NCBI RefSeq assembly: GCF_000439085.1
Contig: NZ_AUUA01000004.1
Span: 180,773-244,772, forward strand
Origin: Leminorella grimontii ATCC 33999 = DSM 5078
GTDB lineage: Bacteria > Pseudomonadota > Gammaproteobacteria > Enterobacterales > Enterobacteriaceae
DNA: 64,000 bases
Direction: 5' to 3'
A program made the translations under genes and the position numbers. Below the pieces are notes generated by a model. It was not told the origin of the DNA. It saw only the letters and a program-made list of their open reading frames with translations, and did not search any database. Below, piece after piece: positions 63,450 through 64,000 of the stretch (positions are counted from its first letter, which is position 1; the number at the start of each line of letters is the position of its first letter).

Positions 63450-64000
63450 ATGACAACGCAATACGGTTTTTTTATTGATTCCAGTCGTTGCACGGGCTGC
63501 AAAACCTGCGAATTGGCCTGTAAAGACTATAAAGACCTGACGCCGGAGGTCAGTTTCCGTCGCGTCTATGAGTACTCCGGCGGCGATTGGCAAAAGGACG
63601 GCGACGGATGGCGGCATAACGTGTTTGCCTACTATTTGTCTATTGCCTGTAACCACTGCAGCGACCCTGCCTGCGTGAAGGTCTGCCCAAGCGGTGCGAT
63701 GCACAAGCGTGAGGACGGTTTTGTCGTGGTGAACGAAGAGGTGTGCATTGGCTGTCGTTACTGCCATATGGCATGCCCTTACGGCGCTCCCCAGTTCAAT
63801 GCGGTGAAGGGCCACATGACCAAGTGCGACGGCTGCCACGAGCGCGTAGCGGTCGGCAAGAAGCCGATGTGCGTGGAGTCCTGCCCGCTGCGAGCGTTGG
63901 ACTTTGGGCCAATTGATGAACTGCGTAAAAAGTACGGCACGCTTGCCGAAGTCGCTCCGCTGCCTGAAGCAAAATACACCCAGCCGAATATCGTGCTGAA
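63450..64000 (+). CDS. dmsB: DMSO reductase iron-sulfur subunit DmsB (3' partial, runs off window)
   Basis: ATG 63450 after RBS aaggag. MTTQYGFFIDSSRCTGCKTCELACKDYKDL matches the E. coli DmsB N-terminus. Open to the window end. Confidence 0.9.
   Translation, partial: MTTQYGFFIDSSRCTGCKTCELACKDYKDLTPEVSFRRVYEYSGGDWQKDGDGWRHNVFAYYLSIACNHCSDPACVKVCPSGAMHKREDGFVVVNEEVCIGCRYCHMACPYGAPQFNAVKGHMTKCDGCHERVAVGKKPMCVESCPLRALDFGPIDELRKKYGTLAEVAPLPEAKYTQPNIVL

Overview
This 64-kb window comes from an Enterobacterales chromosome; it is E. coli-like in gene content but the gene order differs. The right half (36.5-64 kb) is conserved core with the E. coli 20-min gene order: hcr-hcp, lysO(ybjE), ybjD (OLD-family nuclease), clpS-clpA, an ERIC repeat, infA, aat, cydDC, trxB, lrp, ftsK, lolA, rarA, serS, dmsA and a partial dmsB. 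The left end carries asmA (5' partial), yegH, gnd, yeeX, a ptsG-type PTS transporter and fetAB. Between them lies about 25 kb of accessory DNA organised around two tandemly oriented tRNA-Asn genes. (i) An AT-rich island abuts the 3' end of tRNA-Asn copy 1. It encodes a 895-aa SF1-helicase/DUF559(Vsr-like) nuclease fusion that looks like the single-gene Hhe defense protein, an apparently frameshifted higB-like toxin with its higA antitoxin, and a chpS/chpB (mazEF-family) module whose operator is a palindrome. (ii) A Cache-sensor c-di-GMP phosphodiesterase with a degenerate GGDEF and an intact EAL domain sits between the two tRNA-Asn copies. (iii) Eight co-directional genes run from 20.5 to 33.9 kb. 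They are a YqiJ/NfeD-like protein, a 725-aa flotillin/SPFH protein with internal tandem repeats, a giant (about 1650-1680 aa) coiled-coil protein with a C-terminal AAA+ (MoxR/AAA_5-like) ATPase, a short rhomboid protease whose start lies 6 nt from the giant gene's stop, a single-HKD PLD-family (Nuc-like) protein, and three exported envelope proteins (a 456-aa lipoprotein, an LpoB/DUF799-like lipoprotein, and an LPP20+CsgG-like protein). The SPFH/NfeD + giant AAA+ + rhomboid module is my best candidate for an uncharacterised system. A structured transcript ending in an intrinsic terminator upstream of fetA is a candidate sRNA.
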